Shown: positions 49,824 through 61,600 of the stretch, piece by piece
Layout: every line of letters starts with the position of its first letter
Numbering within the stretch: position 1 is the stretch's first letter
NCBI GenBank assembly: GCA_965217895.1
Contig: CBDCJV010000002.1
Coordinates: 1,888,001-1,952,000 of the forward strand
Direction of reading: 5' to 3'
DNA from: Waterburya sp.
Lineage (GTDB): Bacteria > Cyanobacteriota > Cyanobacteriia > Cyanobacteriales > Xenococcaceae
DNA: 64,000 nt
The notes under the pieces: generated by a model
The model's database searches: none
Told to the model about the DNA's origin: nothing
The model's input: the letters and a program-made list of their open reading frames with translations, nothing else
Made by a program: the position numbers and the translations under genes

Positions 49824-51278
49824 ATGAATCCAAAGAAAGCTAAAAGTCAACATTATAATTCCAGCCAAAAATGGTTGGCAATGCTAGGTATGTGTTTGGG
49901 AACTTTAATGTTTGTCCTCGATACTAGCGCAGTTAATATTGCTGTGCCGACTTTAATCGAGGCTTTTGATACTAGTTTTGCGATCGCCCAATTAGCCGTT
50001 GTCAGTTACCTGTTAGCTATTACATCCTTACTTTTAGGTGCAGCACGTTTGGGAGATATTTGGGGCAGAAAAAAACTGTACCTATTAGGATTGGCTATTT
50101 TTACTATCGGTTCGCTGCTATGCGGTCTTGCACCTTCTATTTACTTCTTAATTGGCTTCCGAATATTGCAGGGGTTAGGGGCGGTATTCATTTCAGCCTT
50201 GGGTCCAGCTATTGTTACCGAAATTTTTCCCAGTTCAGAAAGAGGTAAAGCATTAGGCATTTTTAGTACTGTTGTTTCTGTTGGTATAGCATCAGGACCA
50301 ACAATTGGTGGTTTTTTGATCGATATATCAAGCTGGCGCGCTATCTTCTTTATTAATTTGCCAGTCGGTCTTTTAGCAGGATACGTTATCGCCCGTTTTG
50401 TGACTAAATCGACAACTACTAATAAAGGTCAGAAAAGTTTCGACGTGACTGGGGCAGTCGTTTTTATGCTGACTTTAGTTGCTTTTACCGTAGGGATGAA
50501 TCAAGGGCAAGATCGAGGTTGGAATAGTCAGATTGTGTTTATTTGTGGCGCGATCGCCCTTTTAGGCGCGATCGGTTTTATCGTTATTGAAACCCGTATC
50601 GCTCAACCAATATTTGACTTAGGGTTACTTCGCAATTCTCAACTAGCGTTGGGACTATCGACTAAGCTGCTTGTATTTATCGTGCTTTCGGGCGCAGTAT
50701 TTATTTTGCCTTTCTTCATTGAGAGATCTATGGGCTATTCTACCCAAAAAACAGGCTTGCTGATGGCAGCATCCCCCTTTTTAGGAGGCGTTTTTTCTCC
50801 CATATCTGGAATTTTAGCGGATCGCTTTGGTTCAAGGATCATTAGTCTGTGTGGATTATGTCTGATAGTAATTGGTTGTTATTGTCTGAGTACCTTCGAT
50901 GCCCAATTAACAGATTGGGGATACGTTGCCCGCATTGCCCCCTTCGGCATTGGGATAGGAATATTTCAATCTCCTAATAACAGCACCATTCTGGGAGAAG
51001 CACCCCAAGACAAAATAGGAGTCGTTTCAGGACTGCTAGCACTGTCTCGTACTGTCGGGCAAACGATAGGAATTCCGATTATGGCTAGTTTTTTAGTTGC
51101 CTTTACGGGTGGTATAGCTTCTGGTCAGACTACAGCAATAATGTCGGCATCTAGATCGGCTTTGCTAGGTGGCATCAAGGCAACTTTTTTAATAGCTACC
51201 GTAATCATGAGCTTGAGCGTAGTTTTAGCGGTAGTCGAGCTTCGACAGTATTCTTTTAAAAAGGCAAGTAGAAAGTAG
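49824..51278 (+). CDS. MFS drug:H+ antiporter (DHA2/EmrB-QacA type)
   Basis: About 14 TMs; LDTSAVNIAVP, GDIWGRKK, GPTIGG, WRAIFFINLPVG; likely start ATG 49824. Confidence 0.9.
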   Translation: MNPKKAKSQHYNSSQKWLAMLGMCLGTLMFVLDTSAVNIAVPTLIEAFDTSFAIAQLAVVSYLLAITSLLLGAARLGDIWGRKKLYLLGLAIFTIGSLLCGLAPSIYFLIGFRILQGLGAVFISALGPAIVTEIFPSSERGKALGIFSTVVSVGIASGPTIGGFLIDISSWRAIFFINLPVGLLAGYVIARFVTKSTTTNKGQKSFDVTGAVVFMLTLVAFTVGMNQGQDRGWNSQIVFICGAIALLGAIGFIVIETRIAQPIFDLGLLRNSQLALGLSTKLLVFIVLSGAVFILPFFIERSMGYSTQKTGLLMAASPFLGGVFSPISGILADRFGSRIISLCGLCLIVIGCYCLSTFDAQLTDWGYVARIAPFGIGIGIFQSPNNSTILGEAPQDKIGVVSGLLALSRTVGQTIGIPIMASFLVAFTGGIASGQTTAIMSASRSALLGGIKATFLIATVIMSLSVVLAVVELRQYSFKKASRK

Positions 51279-51417
51279 GCGAGCGACCCCATTAGATTAT
51301 TTAAGAAACTGACACGGCGATCGCTTTACCTAAATTTTAGCCGCGAGCGCATTTTTGTTGTTCCTGGAGGATAATTTCAGTGCTTGTTCGCGGGTTATTG
51401 GCTGTGGTTTACCGACC

Positions 51418-52212
51418 TCAACTTAGCGAACCGCCACCAGAACCTTGAAACATTAGCCAAGAGAGAAAGAAATTGGTTATAAAAATTAAAATCAAGGCTA
51501 TAACCACTGCCGACGTTGTAGATTCTCCTACCCCTTTTGCTCCCCCTGTAGTAGTAAGACCCCAGTTACAGCCTACCACGGCAATAATTGCCCCGAAAAT
51601 TACTGATTTAATTAGCGCAGCAGTCAAGTCCCAAATATGCAGGAAGTTTTGTACTGAGTCGAGGAAAATTGTGTGAGGGATATCATACAAATTTTGGGCG
51701 ATAATCAGTCCACTAATTATGCCAACTATAAAAGAAATTATCGTCAACATTGGCAACATCAAACAGCAGGCAACGACACGAGGTACAACTAAATAATCAA
51801 TCGGATCGGTTTTTAAAATATACAGAGCATCAATTTGTTCTGTGACTTTCATAGTTCCAAGCTCGGCTGCAAAAGCCGAACCGATTCTTCCTGCTACAAC
51901 TACTGCTGTTAGTACGGGGGTTAATTCTCTACTAAGTGCTATGGCTAAAACCCCGCCAATTATTTGAGTTGTGCCAAAATTTTGAAATTCTCTTGTTACC
52001 TGAATGGTAAACACCATGCCAATCGCCACAGAGGTAATTAGGGCAATAGGCAACGAGGCTGGCCCTACAGATACCATCTGCTCTAATGTGTTGCGAAAGT
52101 TGATCTTCTGGTGGATAAGATGAATCACTACTTGTCCCATCAAAAAGACTGCGCTAATTGGACGCTCTAGCCAAGATGTGATTCTGCTGCCCAAGTTTAA
52201 TATTAGACTCAT
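51418..52212 (-). CDS. mlaE: MlaE family lipid ABC transporter permease
   Basis: RELTPVLTA, GRIGSAFAAELGTMKVTEQIDAL, GVGESTT. Confidence 0.92.
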   Translation of the reverse strand: MSLILNLGSRITSWLERPISAVFLMGQVVIHLIHQKINFRNTLEQMVSVGPASLPIALITSVAIGMVFTIQVTREFQNFGTTQIIGGVLAIALSRELTPVLTAVVVAGRIGSAFAAELGTMKVTEQIDALYILKTDPIDYLVVPRVVACCLMLPMLTIISFIVGIISGLIIAQNLYDIPHTIFLDSVQNFLHIWDLTAALIKSVIFGAIIAVVGCNWGLTTTGGAKGVGESTTSAVVIALILIFITNFFLSWLMFQGSGGGSLS

Positions 52213-52282
52213 CGTTTAAGGTAATTTATTAATCAAAAAATTTTCCCAGTCTTCCAGCCATGAAGATATAACGCCTAATTTT

Positions 52283-54958
52283 TTAATTAGCATGACTTTT
52301 CTCCGCCCATAATTGAATCATATGTGCCACTACTCCCGTCCAGCCAGTCTGATGGGATGCACCCAAACCGGCACCATTATCTCCATGAAAATATTCGTGA
52401 AAGTAAATATAATCGCGCCAATGAGGGTCATTTTGAAATTTTTCTATGCCACCAAACACGGGTCGTTTATCTGAGTCATCTTGCAAAAAGATACTAGTCA
52501 TTCGTACAGCTAGTTCGACGATAATTTGGCTGAGATTTTTAAACTCGCCCGAATCTGTGGGAAACTCAATTTGAAAGTCATCTCCCAAATATTCGTGAAA
52601 GTTTTGCAGGGCTTCTAACAGTAGGTAATTAATTGGAAACCAAATCGGCCCTCGCCAGTTGGAGTTACCGCCAAACATCCCCGAAGTTGATTCTGCTGGC
52701 TCGTAGTCTACCTGATACCTCGTGCCGTTGACGCTCATCACAAAAGGATGATCTTGGTGGTATTTAGAAACCGAGCGAATCCCATAGGGACTCAAAAACT
52801 CAGCTTCATCAAACATATACGAGAGCAATCTTTGCAGCTTATTAGATTTGCCATCATCTCTGGGAGTGGCATAGCATAAAGCCAACAATCTTTTGGCACT
52901 TAAGCCTTCTGTTTCCATACAGGCAACGTTCTTTTTGAGATCGTGACGATTATGAATAAACCACTCTAGACGTTTTCTAAATCCTGGTAAATTTTTAATT
53001 GTTTCTGGTTTTGCTACGCTTACTCCTAGCAAGGGAATTAGACCAACAAGCGATCGCACTTTTAAAAGCTTTCTTCCTCCATCAGGAAAGTTAATCGCGT
53101 CGTAATAGAAACCATCTTCTTCATCCCACAGTGCCACTCCATCACCAACCTGATTCATGGCATCAGCAATGTAGAGAAAATGCTCAAAGAACTTGCTGGC
53201 AATATCTTCATAGGGTGGTCGATCCTGCGCCAACTCTAAGGCAATCTGGAGCATCTTGAGACTGTAGGTTGCCATCCAGCTTGTAGCATCTGCCTGTTCT
53301 AAGTTACCGCCTGTTGGTAACTCTTGAGAGCGATCAAATACGCCAATATTGTCTAAACCCAAAAAGCCACCTTCAAAAACATTCCTTCCTGCGGCATCTT
53401 CACGATTTACCCACCAGGTAAAGTTAAGCAGTAGCTTCTGAAATATACGCTCTAAAAAGTCTTGGTCTTTGCGTCCCCAATACTTTTCTTCTAGGGTATA
53501 AATTTGCCATGCTGCCCAAGCCTGGACTGGAGGATTAACGTCGCTAAATGCCCATTCATAGGCTGGTATCTGTCCGCTAGGATGCATATACCATTCACGA
53601 GTCAACCGAGATAGCTGTAGTTTGGCATATTCGGGATCGAGTATGGCTAAAGGTATCAGGTGAAAAGCTAAATCCCAGGCAGCATACCAAGGATATTCCC
53701 ACTTATCGGGCATGGAGATAATATCATCGTTAAATAAAGTTTTCCATTGGGAGTTTCTGCCGTTTTTGCGCGATTCTGGGGGCGCAACTGTATTAGGATC
53801 TCCCTGTAACCAGTCTTCGACTACATAATAGTAAAACTGTTTGTTCCACAACATTCCTGCAAACGCCTGTCGCTGAACGTTGCGCTGATCTTGAGATATA
53901 TCTTGAGGGGTCAGACTATGGTAAAACTCATCAGCTTCTTGTTGTCTTTGATTAAAGATGTCGTCAAACTTACTGAAGGGATTTTGTAAAGAATCAGAGT
54001 CGCACAGTCTTAACTCAACAGTACGACTTTCACCTGGGGGAATAGATAGTTGATAGTGAGATGCAAATTTTGTGCCAATATTATCTGGATTAACAGCATT
54101 GCGATCGCCATTAACTACATAGTTGTTAATTCCGTCTTTAACATAGGGAGAAGCGTTTTCTTGCCCGAATAATAATTCAAAGTTGGTTTCGTTTTCCGTA
54201 AACAATAAGCCGTCGGAATTATTACAGTACAGCCATCTTTCTCCCAAACTGGGATGTGATGCTTCAATTACAGTGTAGTCATCTTGTTGGGAATAAACCT
54301 TTAATTTTGGTTTTTCAGCGTCCTTGTACCAAGACCAAGTGTTGCGAAACCAAAGAGTAGGTAGTATATGCAATGGTTTCTCGACCTCGCCGCGATTGTG
54401 CGCCGTGACTTTAATTAAAATATCCTCGTCGCTAGCTTTGGCATATTCAATAAAAATATCGAAATACTTATCTTCGTCAAATACGCCCGTATCTAGCAAT
54501 TCATATTCAGGAGCATCTTTACCGCGTCTTTGATTTTCCTCTACCAGATCGGCATAAGGATATTCAGACTGGGGATACTTATACAAATACTTCATGTAAG
54601 AATGAGTCGGCGTATTATCGAGATAAAAATAGTACTCTTTGACATCTTCTCCATGATTGCCTTGATTACCAGTCAAGCCGAACATCTTTTCTTTGATAAT
54701 GGGATCTCGTTCGTTCCAAAAAGCTAGAGCAAAACAAAGACGCTGATGGTTATCACAGATGCCTGCAATACCGTCTTCTCCCCAACGGTATGCCCTAGAT
54801 AAAGACTGACTATGAGGAAAATATTCCCAAGCAGTACCATTTTCGCTGTAGTCTTCTCTGACCGTTCCCCACTGTCTTTCGCTGACATAAGGACCCCAGC
54901 GAGTCCAATAGGCTTTACGTTCTTTGTTTTCCTGTAGTCTTTGCTTTTCGGCATTCAT
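52283..54958 (-). CDS. MGH1-like glycoside hydrolase (GH63-like glucosidase)
   Basis: WGPYVSERQWGTVREDYS, MPDKWEYPWYAAWD, NWRGPIW, GASHQTGWTG. Confidence 0.88.
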   Translation of the reverse strand: MNAEKQRLQENKERKAYWTRWGPYVSERQWGTVREDYSENGTAWEYFPHSQSLSRAYRWGEDGIAGICDNHQRLCFALAFWNERDPIIKEKMFGLTGNQGNHGEDVKEYYFYLDNTPTHSYMKYLYKYPQSEYPYADLVEENQRRGKDAPEYELLDTGVFDEDKYFDIFIEYAKASDEDILIKVTAHNRGEVEKPLHILPTLWFRNTWSWYKDAEKPKLKVYSQQDDYTVIEASHPSLGERWLYCNNSDGLLFTENETNFELLFGQENASPYVKDGINNYVVNGDRNAVNPDNIGTKFASHYQLSIPPGESRTVELRLCDSDSLQNPFSKFDDIFNQRQQEADEFYHSLTPQDISQDQRNVQRQAFAGMLWNKQFYYYVVEDWLQGDPNTVAPPESRKNGRNSQWKTLFNDDIISMPDKWEYPWYAAWDLAFHLIPLAILDPEYAKLQLSRLTREWYMHPSGQIPAYEWAFSDVNPPVQAWAAWQIYTLEEKYWGRKDQDFLERIFQKLLLNFTWWVNREDAAGRNVFEGGFLGLDNIGVFDRSQELPTGGNLEQADATSWMATYSLKMLQIALELAQDRPPYEDIASKFFEHFLYIADAMNQVGDGVALWDEEDGFYYDAINFPDGGRKLLKVRSLVGLIPLLGVSVAKPETIKNLPGFRKRLEWFIHNRHDLKKNVACMETEGLSAKRLLALCYATPRDDGKSNKLQRLLSYMFDEAEFLSPYGIRSVSKYHQDHPFVMSVNGTRYQVDYEPAESTSGMFGGNSNWRGPIWFPINYLLLEALQNFHEYLGDDFQIEFPTDSGEFKNLSQIIVELAVRMTSIFLQDDSDKRPVFGGIEKFQNDPHWRDYIYFHEYFHGDNGAGLGASHQTGWTGVVAHMIQLWAEKSHAN

Positions 54959-55002
54959 TATTCTTGCTCTCTTGTTTGTCTCTAGATACTGCTGCTCTCT
55001 AT

Positions 55003-55887
55003 TTACTTAACCCCTGCTGCTTCAGAGACTTCAAGAGCGATCGCAGCCCAATCCATATCGCTCCTTCCCTTCGCCATTGCTGCCAGAAATTGGTTGTGAA
55101 CTAAACTGGCTAAAGGCATCGGCATATTACAGGCTTGGGCGGTTTGCAAAGCTAAAGTAACATCTTTTAGCCCCAAGGAGAGTTTGAAGCCTGGTTCATA
55201 GTCCTGTTCGACGATCTGCTTGCCATACCCTTTATATACCGTACAAGAGAATAAGGTTTCGCCAAATAGTTCGGCTACTTTGGCTGGGTCAACACCATTT
55301 TTTTTAGCTAGGGTAAAAGCTTCTGCCATCGCTTCAATTGCTGCTACGATAGCAAAGTTAGCTGACAATTTAACTACGTTGGCACTACCAATAACGTCGC
55401 CAAAATCATATACTTTTTGCCCCATAGCTTCTAACAGTGGCTGCACCCGCACTTTAGCTGTAAAATTTCCCGACAGACAAATATTGAGTTTCGCTGCTTC
55501 GGCAGCATCGGGACGACCCAAAACGGGAGATGCTAAGTAGTAAGAACCTACTTCTTGATGCGCTTGAGCTAATTTCTCCGCTGTACTAGGGGCAATAGTA
55601 CTCATAGATAGATGAATACCGTCTTTACCTAACTGTTTGAGAATACCATCATCTCCTAAGACTACGCTTTCAACTACAGAATCGTTCGATAGCATGGTAA
55701 TCACAATGCCCCCTGGGGTAACTGCATCGGCGGGCGTGTCTGATAATTCTGCACCTTTTTCAATCAATGGTTGAGCTTTTTCGGCAGTACGATTATAAAC
55801 TTTGAGTTTGTAACCCGCATTGATTAAATTGGCTGCCATTTGCAGACCCATGTTACCCAGACCGATAAATCCAATTGGTTGTTTCAT
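55003..55887 (-). CDS. NAD(P)-dependent oxidoreductase (3-hydroxyisobutyrate / 6-PGDH family)
   Basis: IGFIGLGNMG, YNRT, SPVLG, LKD; likely start at MKQPIG. Confidence 0.88.
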   Translation of the reverse strand: MKQPIGFIGLGNMGLQMAANLINAGYKLKVYNRTAEKAQPLIEKGAELSDTPADAVTPGGIVITMLSNDSVVESVVLGDDGILKQLGKDGIHLSMSTIAPSTAEKLAQAHQEVGSYYLASPVLGRPDAAEAAKLNICLSGNFTAKVRVQPLLEAMGQKVYDFGDVIGSANVVKLSANFAIVAAIEAMAEAFTLAKKNGVDPAKVAELFGETLFSCTVYKGYGKQIVEQDYEPGFKLSLGLKDVTLALQTAQACNMPMPLASLVHNQFLAAMAKGRSDMDWAAIALEVSEAAGVK

Positions 55888-56201
55888 TGTTTGTCTCTTT
55901 AAGTTTAATAAATTAATATGTGCCAAGGCGAACCACTATTGCTACCCGTAATAAACCAAACTTTATTGTCAGTATTCGTAGTATTTACCGATTTAATTTA
56001 ATTTTGTTTTTGCCTCACCTTCAAAATAAAAAATAGCTGCATATATTAGCTTCCACAATCTTGCTTATACTTGTCGATTATTGCTTCTTATAGTCATGCC
56101 AATTCTTTTTTGAGTACGAAGGTTGATGACATAGTTTTTTATTTGAAAAGTCAAGTTAAGGACAAAACCCATCAATTGCCTACTTATCTGCATACACTAA
56201 T

Positions 56202-56918
56202 CTAGCTGCCTAAATATTTAGGCTTGAGAGGTTTTTCTTTTACTCTACCGTTTTGATTTTCTAAAAAGTAAGCCATCGCTGTTGGGCGAGAAGAGACAAT
56301 ATTAGCTAGGTTATCGCTAACAAAATGCAAAGCAACTCCATCATCAGCAGCATATCCTTCACTAATCAAGCCTTGAGATAATAATTGGTGATAGGATGGT
56401 CTTCTTTCAGTTTCACCATCGTAATGAGGACAATTGCTACCAGTCAGAAAGCCCAGGCATTTTAAGGTAGTGTATTTTTCTGGAATAGAATCTGTAACTC
56501 CTTCTTCAAACCAACAGATTGAACCAGCACTTAAGCCACAAAGGATTATGCCTTGTGTCCATGCTTGTCTCAAAATACCGTCAAGCTGCCATTCTTTCCA
56601 CAGAGCAATTAAACTTTTAGTATTTCCCCCACCGACATAAATAATATCTTGATCGAGAATAAAAGTTCTTAAATCGGCAGTATGAGGTTTAAATAATGAC
56701 AAATGAGATAAATGAGCGGGTTTTGGTGCAAAATGTCGATAAAATCTTTCTGTATATTCTTCTGAGTCTCCGCTTGCCGTAGGAACAAAGCACACTTTCG
56801 GTTCTTCTTTGTTGGATAAATTGTAAATATAAAAATCCAACAGAGGATTATCGGGTTCCATTCCCCATCCCCCACCACCCATAGCAACTATTTGTCTTTG
56901 AGGCAATTTTTCTGACAT
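56202..56918 (-). CDS. Peptidase E (S51 family)
   Basis: VPTAS, YVGGGNT, GLSAGS nucleophile, CPHYD. Confidence 0.88.
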   Translation of the reverse strand: MSEKLPQRQIVAMGGGGWGMEPDNPLLDFYIYNLSNKEEPKVCFVPTASGDSEEYTERFYRHFAPKPAHLSHLSLFKPHTADLRTFILDQDIIYVGGGNTKSLIALWKEWQLDGILRQAWTQGIILCGLSAGSICWFEEGVTDSIPEKYTTLKCLGFLTGSNCPHYDGETERRPSYHQLLSQGLISEGYAADDGVALHFVSDNLANIVSSRPTAMAYFLENQNGRVKEKPLKPKYLGS

Positions 56919-57048
56919 TGGAGTAGGGATAATTATTTTTACTTGTAGTTAATATATCAAACACATCAAAGATAATAATTGCGATCGCTCTTTTCCATTT
57001 GGTAAAAAAATTTACTACCATAACTTATAGAATAATTTATTTAGTGAA

Positions 57049-58122
57049 TTGGGGTTGTTGGTCGTGATTGTAGTAATGAAAGTCGGTTCTCCAGAAGCAG
57101 AAATTAAGAGAATAGAGTTGGAATTACAGGAGTGGGGACTAACACCAGAGAAGATTGTTGGTAAACACAAGATCGTGATGGGTTTGGTGGGTGATACTGC
57201 TTCTCTCGATCCTCTGCAAATAAAAGAAATTAGCTCTTGGATTGAGAATGTTCTCAGGGTAGAAAAGCCCTATAAACGCACCAGCTTAGAATTTCGTAAC
57301 GGAGAACATAGCAATGTTGTTGTGCCTACCCCTAGTGGAAAAGTTACTTTTGGGCGTAATCATCCTGTAGTAATCATTGCTGGACCTTGTTCAGTAGAAA
57401 ATGAAACCATGATCATTGAAACAGCTAAGGCTGTTAAAGCTGCTGGTGCTAGTTTTTTGCGTGGTGGTGCTTACAAACCCCGCACTTCTCCCTATTCTTT
57501 TCAAGGTCATGGAGAAAGTGCCTTAGACTTGTTAGCTGCTGCTAGAGACGCTAGTGGTTTGGGAATTATTACCGAGGTTATGGACACTGCCGATCTCGAC
57601 AAAGTGGCGGAGGTTGCCGATATTGTCCAGGTTGGCGCAAGAAATATGCAGAATTTTCCTCTGTTAAAAAAAGTTGGCGCACAAGATAAACCTGTATTTT
57701 TGAAGCGGGGTATGTCGGCAACTATTGATGAGTGGCTGATGGCAGCCGAGTATATTTTGGCTGCGGGTAATTCTAACGTGATTTTATGTGAGCGAGGAAT
57801 TCGTACCTTTGAGCGTAAATACGCCCGTAATACTCTAGATTTGGCGGTAGTACCTGTCTTACGCTCTCTGACTCATTTACCCATTGCGATCGATCCCAGT
57901 CATGGTACTGGCATAGCTAAATATGTTCCGCCGATGGCAAAAGCAGCGATCGCCGCAGGAGCAGATTCTTTGATGATCGAAGTTCACCCTAACCCAGCCA
58001 AAGCCCTTTCAGATGGACCTCAATCTCAGACTTTTGAAAGCTTTCGAGATTTAATGGCAGAATTGAGCGTAATCGGTAAAGCCGTCGGGCGTTGGTCAGA
58101 ATTGCCCATAGCTTCAATTTAA
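57049..58122 (+). CDS. aroF: 3-deoxy-7-phosphoheptulonate (DAHP) synthase, type I-beta with N-terminal regulatory domain
   Basis: AGPCSVE, RGGAYKPRTSPYSFQG, GARNMQNF, CERGIRTF, DPSH; start probably GTG 57064. Confidence 0.95.
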   Translation: MGLLVVIVVMKVGSPEAEIKRIELELQEWGLTPEKIVGKHKIVMGLVGDTASLDPLQIKEISSWIENVLRVEKPYKRTSLEFRNGEHSNVVVPTPSGKVTFGRNHPVVIIAGPCSVENETMIIETAKAVKAAGASFLRGGAYKPRTSPYSFQGHGESALDLLAAARDASGLGIITEVMDTADLDKVAEVADIVQVGARNMQNFPLLKKVGAQDKPVFLKRGMSATIDEWLMAAEYILAAGNSNVILCERGIRTFERKYARNTLDLAVVPVLRSLTHLPIAIDPSHGTGIAKYVPPMAKAAIAAGADSLMIEVHPNPAKALSDGPQSQTFESFRDLMAELSVIGKAVGRWSELPIASI

Positions 58123-58250
58123 TTTGCCTCAGTGCAATATGGTTGATGTAAATCAGAGGCAGGATTGATAAAAAATACAGATAGAGAAGCTTATCTTTAC
58201 CATGTCAGACCTTAAAAGTTGACTATTCAGATTAGATATTAACAATAACT

Positions 58251-58583
58251 ATGAAGGAAACTACTCCAATTGAACCTGTTCCTAACTCCGATTCTCAGCC
58301 AGAAGAACAAAAAGATAATGTAACTCCCCTCAAGTGTTTCTTATCCTCAATTGTTTCGGGAGGGTTTACTTTTGCTATTTATCTATTGTTCAATTCCATT
58401 GTCCAAACTTATGCTAACAAGACAATTACTGGGACAAATCCTTTAGTAATCAATATCACGGCAGCGGTTAGAACCCTGGTAATGGGAACTGTGGCAATGG
58501 CTACTGGAATCTTTGGATTAGCAGCCTTAGGATTGTTTTTGTTGGGTATTCAGCTAACCATTCAGAATCTTAAGAAAGCTTAA
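58251..58583 (+). CDS. DUF3082-like membrane protein
   Basis: TPLKC, two TMs, NITAAVRTLVMG. Confidence 0.75.
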   Translation: MKETTPIEPVPNSDSQPEEQKDNVTPLKCFLSSIVSGGFTFAIYLLFNSIVQTYANKTITGTNPLVINITAAVRTLVMGTVAMATGIFGLAALGLFLLGIQLTIQNLKKA

Positions 58584-58610
58584 GTTAACGTTGTGGCTGT
58601 GACCAACAAA

Positions 58611-58641
58611 AATTGCGTTCTTGTTTGATAAGAGCGCAATT
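58611..58641. terminator. Hairpin between convergent genes
   Basis: AATTGCGTTCTTGT-TTG-ATAAGAGCGCAATT. Confidence 0.6.
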
Positions 58642-58667
58642 AAATAAAATAAATTAAGCTATACAGA

Positions 58668-61600
58668 CTATACAGAAGATTCTTGCTGCTGATAGAGATA
58701 GCAATAACGCCCTTTTAACGCCATCAGTTCTTCGTGAGTACCTCGCTCGACAATTGAACCTGCATCCATCATCACAATCGTGTCGGCATTTTTAATTGTG
58801 CCTAAACGGTGAGTAATAAAGAATACTGTACGTCCTTTGAGAGCTTCTTTTAGATTACGAGAGACTTCTTGTTCTGTAGAAAAATCCAAGGCACTAGTTG
58901 CTTCATCTAAGACCATCATGGCGGGGGCTTGCAAAATTGTACGAGCGATCGCAATCCGCTGTCTTTGTCCCCCAGATAATGATGAACCTCGCTCTCCTAC
59001 CCTAGTGTTGTAACCATTGGGTAAAGTCATGATAAAGTCGTGGGCAGCAGCAATTTGAGCAGCAGCTATTATTTCTTCGGTAGTAGCATCGGGGTTTGTT
59101 AAGGCAATATTATCCAAGATTGTACCCTCAAATAACAGCGTTTCTTGGGGAACAACACCAATTTGACGACGAATAGAATATAACTCCACGCGGTTGATAT
59201 CATAACCGTCAATTAAAATTCTTCCCCCTTCTGGCTCATAAAGTCTAGACAGCAGCTTAGTCATAGTACTTTTGCCTGCACCACTTTCGCCGACTATCGC
59301 CACAAATGTCCCAGCTTCAAACTCGGTAGTCACGTTTTTAAGCTGAAGCGGACCAGTATTTTTAAAGCGGAAGGAAAGGTCGTCGTATTTAACTCTACCC
59401 CTAATAGCAGGCATTGGAATATTATTGCGATCGGCTTCTCCTTCTTCTGGGTTATCGACGATATCAGCTAGACGTTCTAAAGATAAAGCCGTTTCTTGGA
59501 AGTTTTGCCACAGGGTTGCTAAACGCATCACGGGAGAAGTTACGTAACCACCAATAATCCTAAAGGCAATTAATTGACCCAGGGTGAGTTTACCATCCAA
59601 GACCAAATAAGCACCCAAGCCAATGATAACTACACGAGAAAGCTTATTGAGAAAATCACTGGCAGATTTAGCCAAAGTGGAGGTAACTACAGTTTTAAAC
59701 CCAGTCGAAATATAGCGGGCGTATCTCTCCTGCCATTTCCAGCGCGATCGCAATTCAATATTCTGCGCCTTGACGGTTTGAATTCCCGTTAATATCTCAA
59801 CTAAGTAAGACTGAGTTTCAGCATTACGTTCAGCTTTAACTCTAAGCTGTTGGCGAATTGTGGGCGAAAATATTAAAGTAAGAGCTATAAAAATAGGAAT
59901 AATTGATAAGGTAACAGCCGTTAGCAAAGGGCTGTACAGGAACATTACCACTACATATATTACCGAGAATATACAGTCTAAAACTACTGTTAAAGCTGTC
60001 CCTGTCAAAAACTGACGAATTCTTTCAAGTTCGTTAACGCGAGTCGAAATTTCTCCCACTGGTCGCCGTTCAAAATAACGTAGAGGCAGTCTCAGTAAAT
60101 GATCGATAATTTCCGAACCCAGGGTTAAATCGATCCGATTCGTTGTATCTACAAACAGATACGTTCGCAAAGTAGTCAGCAGTGCTTCAAAAATATTAAT
60201 TACAACTAAGAAGAAAATTAGATAGCCCAATGTACTAGGACTATTTTGACTAATTACCTTATCAATAATGACCTGAATCATTAGCGGGTTGGCAAGTTGA
60301 AATAGCTGTACAAAGAATGAAGCAATGAATACTTCAATTAAAACTCGCTTATATTTCTGTAAAGCTGGTAAAAACCAATTAATCCCAAATCTTTCTTGGG
60401 GAGTTTCCTTAGTTTTTTTCAGTAATAAAACTTCTCCGCCTTCGCCCCAAGTGGCGATAAAGTCTTCAGGCTTATAACGACGTAAACCTAGTTCAGGAAC
60501 AGCAATTACTAATTCAGTTTCGCTATGCTCATAGATTATGGCCAGGCTATCTTGCCAAACTACCATACTAGGTCCCTCAAGGCGAGTAATTGCCTGGGCA
60601 GGAATATTAATTAATTGCGGATTAAGTCCCATTAGTTCGGAAACAGCACCGCATAAAGGTAATGATAAATTTGGTGTTCTGTCTAGCTGTTCTTTCAAAA
60701 CACGCTTAATTACCTCTTTGCGAAAAGGCATTCCAAAATATTTACTTAACATTTGGAAACAGGCAACACCTATTTCTAAGGTAGTTTTAGCAGCAACAAA
60801 GGGGTATTCTTTTGTCCCTGAGTTGACAACCTCTTCCTCCTCTTGAAAGGTATATCCTTCTCCTAATCCTTCAGCTTCGTCAAAGTTTGTATCATCTAAA
60901 TCCAGACTAGGTACAATTGCCGAACCATCTAAAGTCTTGCCAAAAGTTTCCTCAAATACTGATGCTTCGCTTTCTCCATCGAACCAATATTCTCTGGGAA
61001 TTGAAATAAGACGGGCTGGCTGGCTACCGCTAACAGCAATAGTTTGGCGATCATTGGTTAATTCCAGGCGACTGCCAGCCGGGTATTCTTTGATCGCTCC
61101 ACCGCCACTCACCAGCCAAATCAAATTAGGATCTTTTAAAGGTTGTCCCAGTTCAGAATTAAGCTCGTGTTCCCCAGGAGGCAAATAATACACCTGAGCA
61201 ACTTCCGTCATCTTCTGGGCATATTCGGCTAGATCCCAATCTCCTTGAGCCTGCTGTTCTAGCTGAATACCCAGTAAATCAAAAATTTCTACCTTAGCGG
61301 GCTTATATTTGTATTCTTCTGCTAGTTGAGGATATTGCTCAATCAGGCTCAAAAAATATTCGTTGTCTAAAGCCAGACAAACAACTTCCGTACTAGCCAT
61401 TGCTGTTTCGCACGGCAAGCCTCTGGCCAAATTAACCCAGCCAATCATCTGTCCTGGTTTGAGCTTATCTAAAGTAGTAGGCATTTTAGTGCGGGGATCA
61501 TAGCCAAGTAGCCTTACTTCTCCTTCAGAAATAATAGCTACTTGTCCCTGCATTTTTTCCCGCATGATCATTACCTTACCCACTCCAAACCGTAGCGGTT

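Noticed and set aside
51279..51400. GAGCGACCCC as a fourth family-A copy
   Set aside because: Only 10 nt match, with no central hairpin or second arm. The nearby CCGCGAGC/GTTCGCGG stem is more simply a terminator between convergent genes.
1630..61188. Many short antisense or nested ORFs (e.g. 1630-2034, 3794-4276, 25510-25851, 55220-55540, 60538-60846)
   Set aside because: They lie within or opposite well-supported genes and look like shadow ORFs with no motifs.
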